DNA of 64,000 bases from positions 496,376-560,375 of the forward strand of contig CAJINV010000002.1 in NCBI GenBank assembly GCA_905178155.1, in the 5' to 3' direction. Made by a program: the position numbers and the translations under genes. Positions 22,801 to 35,069 of this stretch are shown piece after piece. Position 1 is the stretch's first letter. Each line of letters opens with the position of its first letter. Source of the stretch: Amoebophrya sp. A120. Its lineage: Eukaryota > Protista > Dinoflagellata. The notes beneath the pieces were generated by a model, which was not told where the DNA came from, ran no database searches, and saw only the letters and a program-made list of their open reading frames with translations.

Positions 22801-25800
22801 TCTGCAAAGTTGCACCAGCAGCACTTCCGGGGCTGATAGTATTGTGACGCACTGTAGCTGCAGCTCCCCCTCCCGCCGAGGACGCTTTCGAAGAAACATG
22901 TCCTGTCGTCCTAGTCCCACTAGCACTGGTTCGCGATGGGAAGACCAAATCTCGGTCAATTGCGATCTGCGCCCCATTCCGAACCGCGGTATTCCGTACC
23001 AGCCGAACGTTCCGGATGTTGGAAGCGCGCACACCCCGCGGAACAGCTCCGCCAGCACCAGCGGAAGGACCAGCAGCTCCTGCTGAGGTGGTGTCCCCAT
23101 GACCGGCGGCCTGCTGGTCATGATCTACTGGATGAAGTGGAGCAATTCTCACTTCGAAAAACAGTGTGTTGGTCAAGATGTAGCTTTCCGTTGGGGGTGA
23201 GTTTTTGTCCAAGTCATTGTCGTCTTTTTCCTCCTGCTTTTGTTGCTTCAGCCTTTCCACTAGCAGTTTTCTTTTGGAGGATGACCTCCGTTTCGAAAGA
23301 CCTGATCTTCGACTTGTCGGCGCACCAGCAGCAGCAGCTCCATGTCCCTGTCGACGTGTGGAGCTGCTGCTACCCGAGGACGGTAAATGGGTCTTCTTGA
23401 CATTGTCCAAGGTCATGATCGCGAACAGTCTCCGTAAATGGTAGAGCGGAATGCTCCGGCGGAACTCTGCCTGCACGTTCTTGTCGTAACTGTCGGTTAC
23501 TAGAGCCGACAAAGACCGATGGGAATTTTTAACAGGCGGGTTTTGTTGATGTTGATGTTGATGCTGTTGGTGTTCTTGTTCTACTTGTTCCGTTGAGCCT
23601 GTGATATCATCTTCATCTGCCGGACGAGTTGTTGTATCCGTATCCTGCTCCCCGCGGAAGAGAGGTAGTAGTCCCGGTTCAAAGAAACCAATATCGGGGA
23701 TGTGGATCGCAAATTCGACCCAGGTCTCTGCACCAGAGGCTTGTTGTAGTTCTCCAGCACTAGTAGAACTAGTACCCGACGTTGCGGCAGTTCTAGATGC
23801 TTCTTGCGTTCTTGCAACATCATGGTCTACTTCGGAAGGTGAAGATCCCAGCGGCCGGCTTGCCCCGGTGAACTTCGGTTTCGCTTTAGAATTCATCCCG
23901 GCTCCTGCAGGAAGATCTTCATTTGTGCCACCTCCCTGAGAAGTTGCTGTTGTACTAGGACCTCGGCCGACAAAAACTTTCTTTACGGAAATCAAATACT
24001 CGACCGCATTTTCGTTATCCCGGTCGAGAAGCCAGTTTCGCTTGCGTTTCTCCCGTCTTTCCTCCACTGCGGCATCTGCTGCTGCTGGATCTACTGCTGC
24101 TGGATCTCCTGCTGCTTGTGCTGCGGCTGCTGCGCTCGAAACGGACGCACTAGCACTTCTATCCTGAGCAGCAGCTCTTTGCTCTCCGCCCAGCTCTTGC
24201 TCGGGCGAAAGAGTACCTGCTCCCCTCGGCGGCGAGCTAAACGATTCGGCGGTGGGGAAGGAAGATTTATTTCTTGTTTGCGGATTTTGATTTTCCTCTC
24301 CATTTTGGTCTTGACCCTCTTCTTCCATTTCGTTTTGAAAATACTTCTGTGCCTGCCCGAACGCCGTTTTTCGGCGCAGGATTGCGATGGTATCGTAGTC
24401 CCGTTCTGAAATGATCACTCGGGCTTGGCTTGTGAACAAATTCCCCAGCACGGCTTGGGAACTTCGATGAACGAATTCCCGGTACAACATCAGTTCCTTG
24501 AACGGCCGCGTGGTTCGAAACGGGCTCTTCTCCGCGATGTCGTCACTGTCTGTCGCCCCGCCGACGGCCGAGCTACCACGGTGGGATCCGGCCGCACTGG
24601 ACTGCCTCGACCCCGCGGTACTGCTCCCGAGTATCCCGGGGATCCTTTCGAGCCAATCGAAATCGCCGAGACTCGACGAGCCTCGTAGACTCGTAAACTA
24701 TGCACTGCAAAAGCATCGCACTCATGGATTCGTGCTCGTAGTAATTATGATCGCAGTCATGGTGCACGACCATCAAGGTAAACGTAAACCCGCACTAAAA
24801 ATTCCATTTCTAATTACTAATTCTGAGCGAAAATAAATTTGTATTATATGCGATAGCGATCATTTCTTTTTCTACTACTTAGTAAGTGCGATGCTTTTGT
24901 CGATTTCATATCAAGTGGCGGACTTGGTTCAAAACTTGAACCACCGTGTCGTCCTGGGGAACAGGCGCGTCGCCGTTAGAGAGCTGGCTGTCGTCGAGGA
25001 TCTCCTGATAACCTTTTTTTTGAGCAAACGCCCCAGCACCCGCCTGTTGCAACACGTGGTCGTGCACGTAACGCAGAACCTTCTGTTGCAACGCGGGGCC
25101 AATTTTTAGCTCATCCCGCTGCAGAGCCAGTTGCAACTCCTGCCACTGCGGCGAGAAAGGCACTTGCTGCATCGGAAGCTTGGGCTGCTCTTCCGGAATA
25201 AAACTCACGGTCTTTAGTTGATGCGCCGCCGGAAGTAGATTTGCAGCATCTTTTTGGGCCGATGCAGCTGCGCCGCCTGCTCCCCGTGCGGGAACCGGGA
25301 AATAAAACGCGGGGGGAGTAGTAGAGTGCGGTCGCTGTAGTTGCTCTTGCTGCTGCTGCTGGTGGCGGCCCGATGAGTATAACTGACTGAACCGCGGCAG
25401 CGGCGGTGGCAGGGGCATCTCTCGGGTCCACGCAAGTGGATCACGATCGCCTGCAGGTGGGGCACTTTTCGGGCGTGGCCGGTGGCCTTGAAGGTGGTCT
25501 TGCTGCGGTGGTGGATAATTGCCACGACCTCCCGGAAGAGGAGGAAGTAGACCACCTCCGACGTCTTGTTGTAAAAATCCAGCCCCTGCTGCTGGGCCTG
25601 CGGCCGCGCGGCCTAGGTCGTCGTCGTGCGGCGGCAAAATAGTGACAGGAACTCGATCTTCTACTGTGTCTTGGTCTTCCTCCAATAGCCCCGGCGCGGC
25701 CTCGTTCAGAGCGGTGGCTACCCGCTTCGGCGTCGGAGCGAGAATAGCAGGCGGCGGCGTATGCATTGCAAATATGTCTGGATGTCTGGAAACTTGTAAT

Positions 25801-26214
25801 GCTGAGTTCTTGTGAATAGTGAAAGCAACTGCAATTGTTCACAGCCAAGCAACATGAGAAGTTGTATCTGCGCTGCTTAGTGTTGCGCTTCTCGCATGAC
25901 ACGCACACGCTGCGCTATCTTTTTTTTTTGCATGACAAGCTGCAAAGGGGTCTCTTCTTGGACACGCATCACAAATTCTTCAGTCATGCCAGACAAGCAT
26001 CACAAACCTTGCAATGCATTCTTCCAGAGCACCCAGACACATATATTTGTAATGCGTACGGCTGGTCAAAGAACATTCTACCTCCCACATCACCTGGCGG
26101 CGCCGTTGGACTACCGCCCATAACGAAGGGTGGCATAACGAAGGGTGGCGGCTGCTGTCCTCCGGGAGCCGCGACACCCGGTTGGCCTGTGGTGTTTGTC
26201 GTGCAAAATGTCAC
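13897..26214 (-). CDS. Large protein with degenerate RNB (RNase II/Dis3L2/Ssd1-like) domain and long low-complexity insertions; 5' end uncertain
   Basis: Long exons are separated by 8 introners and two canonical GT-AG introns (21533-21776, 22306-22726); the junctions I translated stay in frame. The stop follows ...IIGGPYATHDAYPMQKK. RNB-like motifs in order: WLLDRDNENAVEYLISV, EFAIHIPDI, LFFEVRI, QYLALQKVGLVTPFTKAFD, then S1-like IVVVDLNLEKQTVLVYLP. Confidence 0.5.
13952..14259. mobile_element. Introner family H
   Basis: Long TIR tatggaagcgtcagg.ttgaaatcg.caaagttgaaat; DR tgatg. Confidence 0.9.
14717..14897. mobile_element. Introner family C (diverged)
   Basis: C-type TIR; DR agtct/agctt; frame restored. 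Confidence 0.8.
16018..16137. mobile_element. Introner family C (short)
   Basis: C-type TIR; DR ctgtg. Confidence 0.9.
16854..17023. mobile_element. Introner family C
   Basis: C-type TIR; DR gacgt/gaggt. Confidence 0.85.
17141..17290. mobile_element. Introner family C
   Basis: C-type TIR; DR tcctg; nearly identical to the 32142 copy. Confidence 0.9.
18184..18501. mobile_element. Introner family B
   Basis: B-type TIR; DR acagc. Confidence 0.9.
24699..24910. mobile_element. Introner family C (diverged)
   Basis: Diverged C-type TIR; DR taaac/tcaag. Confidence 0.7.
25760..26058. mobile_element. Introner, A-related
   Basis: TIR ta.gcatt.caaatat..tgtctgg..g.tctggaa; DR cggcg/cggct. Confidence 0.85.
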
Positions 26215-26324
26215 TACATCTTCGTGTCTTTCTCTCTAATTATAGTGCTCGAAATTTATTAAAACTTCTACTTCATTTCTACATCATTCAGATTCATCTG
26301 ACTAAACTTGAGGTCTAAACTGGT

Positions 26325-29300
26325 TCAAATCCATTTCCATATATCGCAAAATTTTGTCAGAATGAGACTAGAAAACAAAATAAAAATTTCACTTTGCTGT
26401 AGTCCCTGGAGGTCGTTGTGGTTCCTGAGAGAATCTAATAGTCTTTCCCAAGCAGCTTCACCTGCGTCTCCCGCCAAGCCCCCTGGAAGCGGCGTATTTC
26501 CCCCTGTCGTTCCGGCATCCATTCCGCGTTGCGCGTCCGTGCTACCCCCGCCGGGCGTGCCCCCGCGCGCGGACGCGTAAGCTTCCGAATGGTCCGGTGT
26601 TGCGTTGCGCGTCGAAGGAGCCTGGTCGGCCTCCTCGATCGGGGAAAAAGCCGGGTCCCGAGTTCTTCTACTACCCGCGCCGGCTCTTTGAAGCTGTCTG
26701 TACGTTTCAATTTCTTCTGGGGGCATCCGCTGTCGGAGCGTGACCGCTTCTGGCGTGGGTGGGCGGGATGGGAGAGAAATAGCACCGCCAGGCTGTGCAG
26801 CAACGTGATCCCTTATGGAGGTGTCAGGATTGAAATCGTTAAAGTTGAAATAGTTTGTCATGCATGAAATGCAGCCCACAGAGCGCCTGTCTTGCAGAGT
26901 AGGCGAGTGAGGCAGACTGTAAAAAGCCTGTTGAGGAGTAGAAACGGAGGTGCGAAACTAGCATGACGCAAGGCGTCTTCCTTACCCAAACAGCATGACA
27001 GACTGGATTTCGGTTCTAACCAAATTTGTCATGCGCCACTTGGAATCTGGGTTACAACTTTCAACATCCATTTTATGCATTACAAGTTATTTCAACTTTG
27101 TCGATAATTTCGATCCTGACACATCCATATCCCTGCTAGAAGAAGTAGGAGTTTGTCGCCCGCTGCCTGTGCGCGGTGGTGGCACCAGCGCGGCATGTTT
27201 GAAGCCGGGCGGCGGCTGCAGCTCTGGTTGTTGTAGTTCCCCCGCTGCTGGGTTGATACCTTCCGAAAGTGGACCACTGCCCATTGAAGTCCGGCCTTGC
27301 TGTTGTTGTTGCCCCGCGAGAAGAACCGGAGCGGCTGCGCCGGCGAGCGGTTGTGGCTGTGGCGCAGCGGCATGATCTTGTTCTAGTCTATTGTGCTGCT
27401 GTTGCAGCTCTTGTTGTAGTCCTGCCTCAGCATGATCCTCACCGGACCCCTCTCCTGCTCCTCCCCCGCCGGCGGCGCCGGCAGTATCCAATGTAAAAAT
27501 GTCTGGGTCTGGAAGGATCCGAACTTGTCATGCAGATTTTACATGACCCGTGACGTCTGTGATGTATTCCCTGGCATCACAGATTTTCCGAGTGCTTATT
27601 GATGCCTATTCCGCATGACAAATGGCCTCCCCGCATAGCAGAATCTGCACTCCTCTTGCTGGTCATGCAATACAGATTTTTCTAGAGTCTAAAGTTAGCA
27701 TCACAAGTTCCAACCTTTCCAGACCCAGACATTTTTACAGTTGATAAGCAGCACCCACCCGCGCGAGGCTGAGAACCCGCGGAAAACTTTGGCTCTCCTG
27801 TATCACAATGAAAAACCCCCCTTCCCCATATCAAAACGGAAATCTGTGATGCGGGATTTGTGTACACAAATCACATTTGTCTTGCAGGAAAGCATTGCAC
27901 ACAGATCGCAAGCCCAAGGGGGGCCCGCCCTTTTGGTGTAGGGGCCTAGTCGATGGCAGACGTCTGCCCTGTAGGCCTTGCAGCATTACAAACCGCCTGC
28001 ATATCGCAGCGGACTCTCTGGATCATTTGCCTTCGGGCAGGATTTGTGGTCACAAATCTGCATCACAAATTTTCGGACCGACATGTTTTCAATATGGGGA
28101 CGAGGGGGGATTTTTCCTTGCAATATCCTGGTTGTAAGGTTTGTTCGCGTGGTCCTCGCGGGGCATTTCTCGTCGCGAGCGTCTTCCGCCATCATGGGAG
28201 GAGTATGGATTGTAAAAATGTCTGGGTCTGGAAGAATGGAAGGTCTGACATGCTCTGCCAGCATGACCCCAAAGTCTGTCATGCACGTTACCCAAGAGCC
28301 TCGTTTTTTTGTCATGCAGAAACGCAGTTTGTCATGCACACTAGGCAACACCTCAAAGCTCAGAAACTTGTCATGCTGAGCCAGCACTTGTGGCCGCCTC
28401 ATGATACGCCAACCAGCATCACAAGTTTCCAGACCCAGACATTTTTACAGTTGATAAGGAGAGCAGCACCCCGACCGGCTTTCCAAAAGAGGCAGGATTC
28501 TCGGCGGCTCGCGCGGCGAGCACCTCCGGGGTGGTTACGGGGTCAAAAGGAAATTGTTCCTGCAACGCTGCCACGTTGTCCAGGATCCTTCTGTCCACAA
28601 GCTGCTGCTCATGGTCCTGCACGGCTTGTTGTTGCGCCGCCGCTGCAGCTGCTTCCACCATGTCGACTTGGGCGCCCCCGGTGGTGGTATTGTTCTCTTC
28701 CCATTCTTGCCTGAACCTGGCGAGTCGCCTGTCCTGAATCAGCTGCTGCTCCCTCTGCTGCTGATCCGGCGTTTTTATCGCACCGCCGCGGACACTGGTG
28801 TTTGGGCTGCTGGTGCGGTGTGGACGAGGAGCAAACACGTCCGGCTGCAGCTCCCTCTGCAGCGTGTCGAGGGTTTTTGGATTCAACGTGGAGGACTGAT
28901 GTGGAGGTCCTAGTGCAGCTGGCACACCAGCTGCTGCAGGAGTTCCGCTTGTAGTTTGCCTCGATCTTGCTTTCGTCCTCGAGGAGGTGGCAGCACCTGC
29001 TGTCGCAGGAATTGTTGTCGCCTGGACTCCTCGTTGTTGTTCCTCGAGCTGCGCTGTCGTGGGTACTACCACCGTTCCCGGCGTGACAAGTCTGTCAAAA
29101 TCAAGTTCACCGGCGGGAAATGCGGACCCCACGACGTTTGAGGTAGTTCCTTGCGTACTCTCGTCTTCTTGGGCACCAGGAGCAGCATGGTCGAGTTGAT
29201 GGCCAGCAGCTTGTGCGCCGGAAGGAGTTCTTAAAGCAGCCCCTGTGGTAGTTCCGGCTGGTGAGGCTGAGTTTCGCGCGTGCTCGTCCTGCTGTGGCCC

Positions 29301-32300
29301 TTCTACTTCATCTCCTTCGGCTGGAGCACCACCGGTGCCTCCGCCGGACACTAAGTTCCTTGTGCTGGATTCGGTTCCTGGCTCAACATCTCGTCCCCCA
29401 CCTGCTGAGAAAGATCCCGGACGAGAAGAATTGGCACCGCCAACAATGTTGCCCGCCCCGGGTGGAAGATGATGTGGACCTAGTGACTGAGGCCCTTCTT
29501 GACCTTCCTCAAGGTGATCTTCAGGAACAGGCTCATCACTTGTTGGGTCCTCAGTAATTATGTCCCGGTCCTCCCCTTCTTCCGCCTCCGAATCCTCCGC
29601 CATTGGGTAGTTACCAAGGATATTTTCCAAATTTAGACCGGCTGCACCCTGGTCCCCGATCGAGGACGCAGCCTCTGCCTCGCCCCCTCTGGAGCTCGTC
29701 TCCACATCTCGAGCAGGATTCATCGTCCTCCCGTGTTGTCGTTCTTGTTGTTGTCCTCCTGCCGCAGGTCGTGGTTCTTGTTGTCCTTGATACAATAGTT
29801 GCGGTGCTGGCAATGTAGCCGCAGTGCTTCCTGTGGCACTGCTGGCTGCGGCAGTACCCGTGGGCAGGACACCGGTGTAGCGAGGCCGGCGACCGAGTGC
29901 GTCTCGCGGGGGGTGGCCGCTGACACGCCGGTCCGAGGTCAAAGACGTTCCAGGGTGCAGCTGCTGCCCAAAGACCGGCGCTGCAGCAGGTGTAGTAGTT
30001 CCCGGCACTTCTGGTATGGGCGTAAAAGTTGTACCTGTACCTCCAGCCCCGTGCAGTGCTTGTTGCTGTCCAGCATTAGCACTACTTCCTCGTCGGTGCT
30101 GCGACGACCGCCTGTCTCCACCTCCTGCACCGGTCGTTCTCGCACCAGCGGAGCTCGGTATCCACAGAAAAAAACCCATCCACATCCATTTTTTGCATGA
30201 CAAACAAAGGGTCTTATAGGTGTTTTGCATGACAAATTCGATGTGGATGGGTGTTTTTTCCTGGATACTCGGGGCGTCGGTCACATGCCGTCCGAAGCTG
30301 CGTCCGTGGTAGGAGCTGGGATGCAGGCTGGAAGCTACTCCATCTTCAGCGTCGTTGAAAGCAAGCTCGTCCCCGTCGCTGTCGGGCGGGACCGCTGTGT
30401 CCGCACCGTCGTCGTGCTGTAGCGTTTGTCCAGCTCCTCGTCGGTACAACCCCTGTTCCTTTTCACCGCCCGCGCTGGACGGGGGCGGAGGAGGACTTGT
30501 GGGCCCTCGGCTCGGGGGCCCGCCGCCGCGGGGATGTCGACGAGAAGTGGTGGTCGGGGGGCGCGAATCGGGAGAAGCAGACCCTGCGCGAGAAGGGGCA
30601 GACCCTGCGCGAGAAGGGGCGCGCGCTGGAGGTGATGCAGCAGAAGTAGATGGGCCGGTGTCGTGGCCGCTAACTCCTATATCACCAACATCTCCTGGGC
30701 GGATCCCAGTATGATCTTCTGCTGCACCACTTCTACCACCAGTAGGGAACCCAGCTTCGCGGCTGGGAGAAGCTCCTGCTGCTCGGGGAAGGCTTCGCAT
30801 AGGAAGCAGTGGTCTACTCGTCGCGGTCTGTGCAGTACGGTCAGGTTCTTGAGGTTCATCTCCACCGACTCCCACCTGAGGCCGCACTTCTTCTTCTGCA
30901 GCAGCTCCCGGCACTTCTTCCAGTGGTCTGATTTGTGCTGGCCGCTCCTCCTCTACAGCCTGAAATGAAACCACGGTCTCCCCATCGGCATTTGAGGACC
31001 CCCTTGAAGAGATGAACGGATGTGCACCATCTTGAACCACGACCGCGGGCGCAGCTGCGCTGCTGGTGGGTGAAGCAGCATGTTGTTCTGCTATCACAGA
31101 CAGATGTTGCTGTTCTTGTTGACCTGCTCTTGGGACGAGGACACTACACCCTTCATGTTGATCTCCAACACTACCTAAACAAAACGACGGACCTCCCGAA
31201 ACCGAGCCCGCTCGCCCCGCGGTCGTCCCTGCAAACGTGGTGGCCGTGGCCGCTCCGGGGGTGGTATCTGATATATCCTGTTGTTCCCCGACGTAAGAAT
31301 CCCCACCACCGCCTCCTGCTGCGATGGTCGTGTGCCCACCCCCACCCCCGCCATTCGTCAAAACCTGCCCGCCGGGGGTTTCGTCGCTCCACGTACTGTC
31401 CTCGTGGTAATCGTTATCACCACTGTTCGAACCGTGCGCCGCAAACGTGGTTAACTCGGTCATGGAGCGCCGGTGCAACGAGCTGGCAACGGACTCGTCT
31501 CGGTGCAGACCACGATTATCTGCTCCAGGGGACAACGGCGGACTTCCTGCTGGGCTCGTAAAAAAAGTTTCCCGGGATCGGGAAGCAGAAGGAGGGGCGG
31601 CAGCTGGTGCCACGGTGCCGGTGGGACCACGGGGCTGCTGCTGCCGTTGGACAAGGGGAAGTTGTGGCTGTTGACTTGCGGCAGCAGAAGTTTTAGGAAA
31701 AGCAGCAGGAATTATTTTCGCTTTAGCAGCAGCAGCTTCAACATCATCTCGGCTAGAAGAAGTACTTCTACCTGTTTGACGTGCATCAACATCCGCGGAA
31801 GTAGAACGCAGGAGCAAATCTCGCTCCACTTGTTCACGTTGTGCCCGATAACTCTCGAGCAAAACTCGCTGCTGTTCCAACATCTCCGGATCGTAAGTGC
31901 GAACGCCAGCAACGACTGGAGGGAGGTCGTTGTCGTGTAGAGGCTCGACTTGTCCTTGTAGGACCGCGGCGCCTGCTCCGGTCTGCGGTCGTGCTGAGGA
32001 GCTGCTACTGCTTCCCCCCTGCTGGAAATCGGTGGGGAAAATGTTGGCCACCCGCGAAGTAGGCTTCTGCGCTTCTGCTCCCACAGCTGTTTGTCCTCCT
32101 AGCGGTAGAAATTGATCGGGTAATTGCTCGCCCAAAAAAGGTATCCTGTGCAAAAGTATCGTACACGTACTAATTGCAACCATGCATGACAAATCTTGTT
32201 TCTTAGCGAAATCAGCATTACAAATTCCATTTTTCCTTCTGGGAAAATTTGTATTGCGATTCATACTAGTACGATACTTTTGCAATGCATAAAAGGCGAC

Positions 32301-35069
32301 AAAAAACTACCGCGCTGTTCATGTTTTTCCTCACTGCCAGAAGAACCTTCGGGGGTCATCATCATCTTCTCTGCCTTTTCTTCCGCTGTAAACCGGGGAA
32401 CCGACACTGTGTCATCAGCAGCAGGAGGGGGAGAAGAAGAAGCTGCAGCTGCAGCCTCCTGAGACGCCGTCGAAATCTGTACTTTTTGCCGCTGTTCCAC
32501 TTCGACATCCTGTTTAAGCTTCGACCGACCTCCCTGCTGTCCCGCCGAAGGAGCGGTGCTGGCTTGGCTGGGAACAACTTCTGCCACACGTCGAGCACCG
32601 GTACTGCTAGTGCCACCTGCTGTGCCCCCTCCTGCTGCAAAAGTTACACTGGAAGAACCTCCTGTAGTTGTAGGACCAAAAGACCCAGAAACCGTTGCAG
32701 TTTCTCCGCTGGTCGTGCGGTCGCCGAGGGTAGAAGGCATGGGAGGTGGCGGATCTCGTCTTGCGCTTGCGGGAAGGTTGGAAGCGGAAAAAGGATTTGA
32801 TGGCGTTCTTTCCTCATTTGCCGCATGATCGGGGGCGTACGCGTAGCGAATGTCTCGCCTCAGGTCCGGTGCGTCAACCAAGCGTAATGGTGCCTGCTGC
32901 TCCGAGCTGCTGGTCCGGAGATTCACATGATCCTCGTGCGGCTCCTCCTGCTGCCCTCGTGAAGGAGGAGGTACAGTTTGCCGCCCATCGCCATCTTCCA
33001 GTCCTAGCTCAGTAGCAGTAACCGACAGATTAGGATTTTCGAGAACTGTTCCACGATTTTCCTCTTCATCCCGTCGCGGCGCTTCTGTGTCTAGCTCCCC
33101 GAACACTTGCCTGAATTCCCGCAAATGCGGGGCAAAGCTGGTCTCCGGCTTGGGTCGGAAATCTGGAAAAGGTGGATCTTCATTATATACGTCTGGAGCT
33201 TCATCTTGATGTAGTTGTTCATGTCGTTGTGAACCGCGAGAAGCATTTCCACCGGTTCTTGATGCAAATGATCTACCCGCTGTTCCACTATGAACTGCAA
33301 AAGTATCGTAATCGTATAAAAATAAATGCATTACAAATTCCCTCAGCATGAGAAATAAAATCTGTAATGCAGATCTGCCTTGAGAAAAAAATTTGTAATG
33401 CATGATTGCAATACGAGTACGATACTTTTGCACAGGATATGTTCCACCAGCTGCCGAACCGGAGCCATGAGCAGTAGAACTACTAGTACTCTGCAACGTT
33501 CTAATCTCCGCTTGGTCCGTGCCAGGATCAGACGAGATTACTCCATCAGAATTGGCATAAACTGCACCTGCAGAACCTCCATCATCGGCAAGAACTACTC
33601 CTGCAGCAGTACTACCACGGCTAAGATCGGGGGTGTTGCTCCTAGCAGGTCCGCCTGCCTGGTGCTCGTCTGCCGGAAGGGTTTGCAGCTGCTCGCCGTG
33701 ATGTTGTAAAGAACCGCTTCTTGTTGTAGTTCTTTCATCGGCAGGCGGAGGCGCTGCAGCAGCTCCCGCATCTTGATCTTCAACTTCTCCCAGCACCTCA
33801 CTGGCAATGGATCGATTCTCGAAGCCCAAGGCCGCTTCAATCGTCCTTTGTGTCAAATGCTCGGCAGCCAAGTGCGGATTGAAGGATTCCCGCTCGCCAC
33901 TAGAAGCCCAGGAAGCCCGCGGAGCGACCTGAAGTTCCTCGGAGTTATTGTCCCCTGGTGTATCTGATGTTCCTGGTCGTGCAAGATCTCCTACTGCGGG
34001 TGCTGTACGAGAACTTCTGGTACGAGAACCTCCAGTGGCTCCTGGAGCAGTAGTTGCCCCCTCTTGACGTCGTTCTTCGCGTGCCCAGCGCGACGGTGTC
34101 CACGAGGACCCCTCTCTCGATGTCCAGCGTGCTATCCTGTGTAAAAACGACGTCCCCAGCTGCAGCCCATAGCTGTCATGCAAATAATCTGCATGATCAG
34201 AATGTTTCTTCTCATGTGGAGCCCCATAAGAGGCGTTATCTTTTAGTCCTGTTTTGGAATTATTGTAATGCTCCAACTTCAGCATCAGCATAATTAATAG
34301 GCTAAACATGTCATGCTGCTGAACGAGCGAATAAACAGGATTTTTACACTACGAGGCAAATAAACTCGTCATGCGCATTCAACAGCCAAAGCTGGCTGAT
34401 CATTTGTCTAAAGCAGATTTCCCATCTTGACAACTCTGGGGTGCTGTGGACGACCCTGTTTTTCCTCACGATACGTGCCGGTTCATGTTCCTGATCCTGC
34501 TCAGCAGCGGCCGGGGAGGGCGAGCTGCCCGGTTCGACCGTTTCGGATGAGGTTGCCAGCGGGTTGTGGTGGTGACGGGATACAGCTCCTGCAACTTGTG
34601 TTGGCTTTTGATTTTCTAGTTGCACGACAACTTCTCGGTGGCCAGCAGGAGCTGTCGCTGTTGGTGTCCTCGTGGTCGTCCGATCACCTCCTCGTCCAGC
34701 CCCGCCCTCTGAGAACTCGCTCCTTGTTGGCGACGGAGAGGTTTGCCCCCGGTGCACCTCCTGCGAATCCCCTCCGGGTTCCTCCGGATCGTAACCTGGA
34801 TCTTCATACGGCCCGCCGGCAGGCGGAGCACGCCTGTTGTTCTGACGACCACTGCTCGCAGTCGCTTCGTCAAATTGTAGTTCTGGTGGCGGTCCGGCAG
34901 CGAGGGCAAAGAGGTAGTTGCCGGTCGCTCTATTTGAGCCCCCGGTGAAAGACGATAAGAATCCATCTCCGGCCTGGAAATACAGAACCGTGGCACTAGC
35001 GGCTCTCGCCACATTTGCCAGCACCCGGCTGGGCCTTGTTCTGATGTTGCGTCCCGTGGTGCCCCGCAT
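26325..35069 (-). CDS. Very large low-complexity (G/S/A/T/Q/P-rich) protein of unknown function; may be continuous with the downstream gene
   Basis: ATG at 35069. Long ORFs (34344-35069, 32261-34309, 28419-32285, 27087-27491, 26325-26879) are separated by 8 introners. No recognisable domain. Confidence 0.55.
26814..27129. mobile_element. Introner family H
   Basis: H-type TIR; DR tccct; homologous to the 13952 copy. Confidence 0.9.
27485..27746. mobile_element. Introner family A
   Basis: A-type TIR; DR ggcag/agcag. Confidence 0.9.
27801..28125. mobile_element. Introner family B
   Basis: B-type TIR; DR tcctg. Confidence 0.9.
28204..28456. mobile_element. Introner, A-type TIR with a different core
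   Basis: DR aggag; core shared with the 52516 copy. Confidence 0.9.
30159..30267. mobile_element. Minimal introner (109 bp, own family)
   Basis: TIR tatcca..aaaaaa.cccatccacatc; DR ctcgg; two gcatgacaaa motifs. Confidence 0.85.
32142..32291. mobile_element. Introner family C
   Basis: C-type TIR; DR aaagg. Confidence 0.9.
33289..33439. mobile_element. Introner family C with 8-bp DR
   Basis: C-type TIR; DR tgttccac. Confidence 0.9.
34133..34473. mobile_element. Introner family G (diverged)
   Basis: G-type ends; DR cgtgc. Confidence 0.8.
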
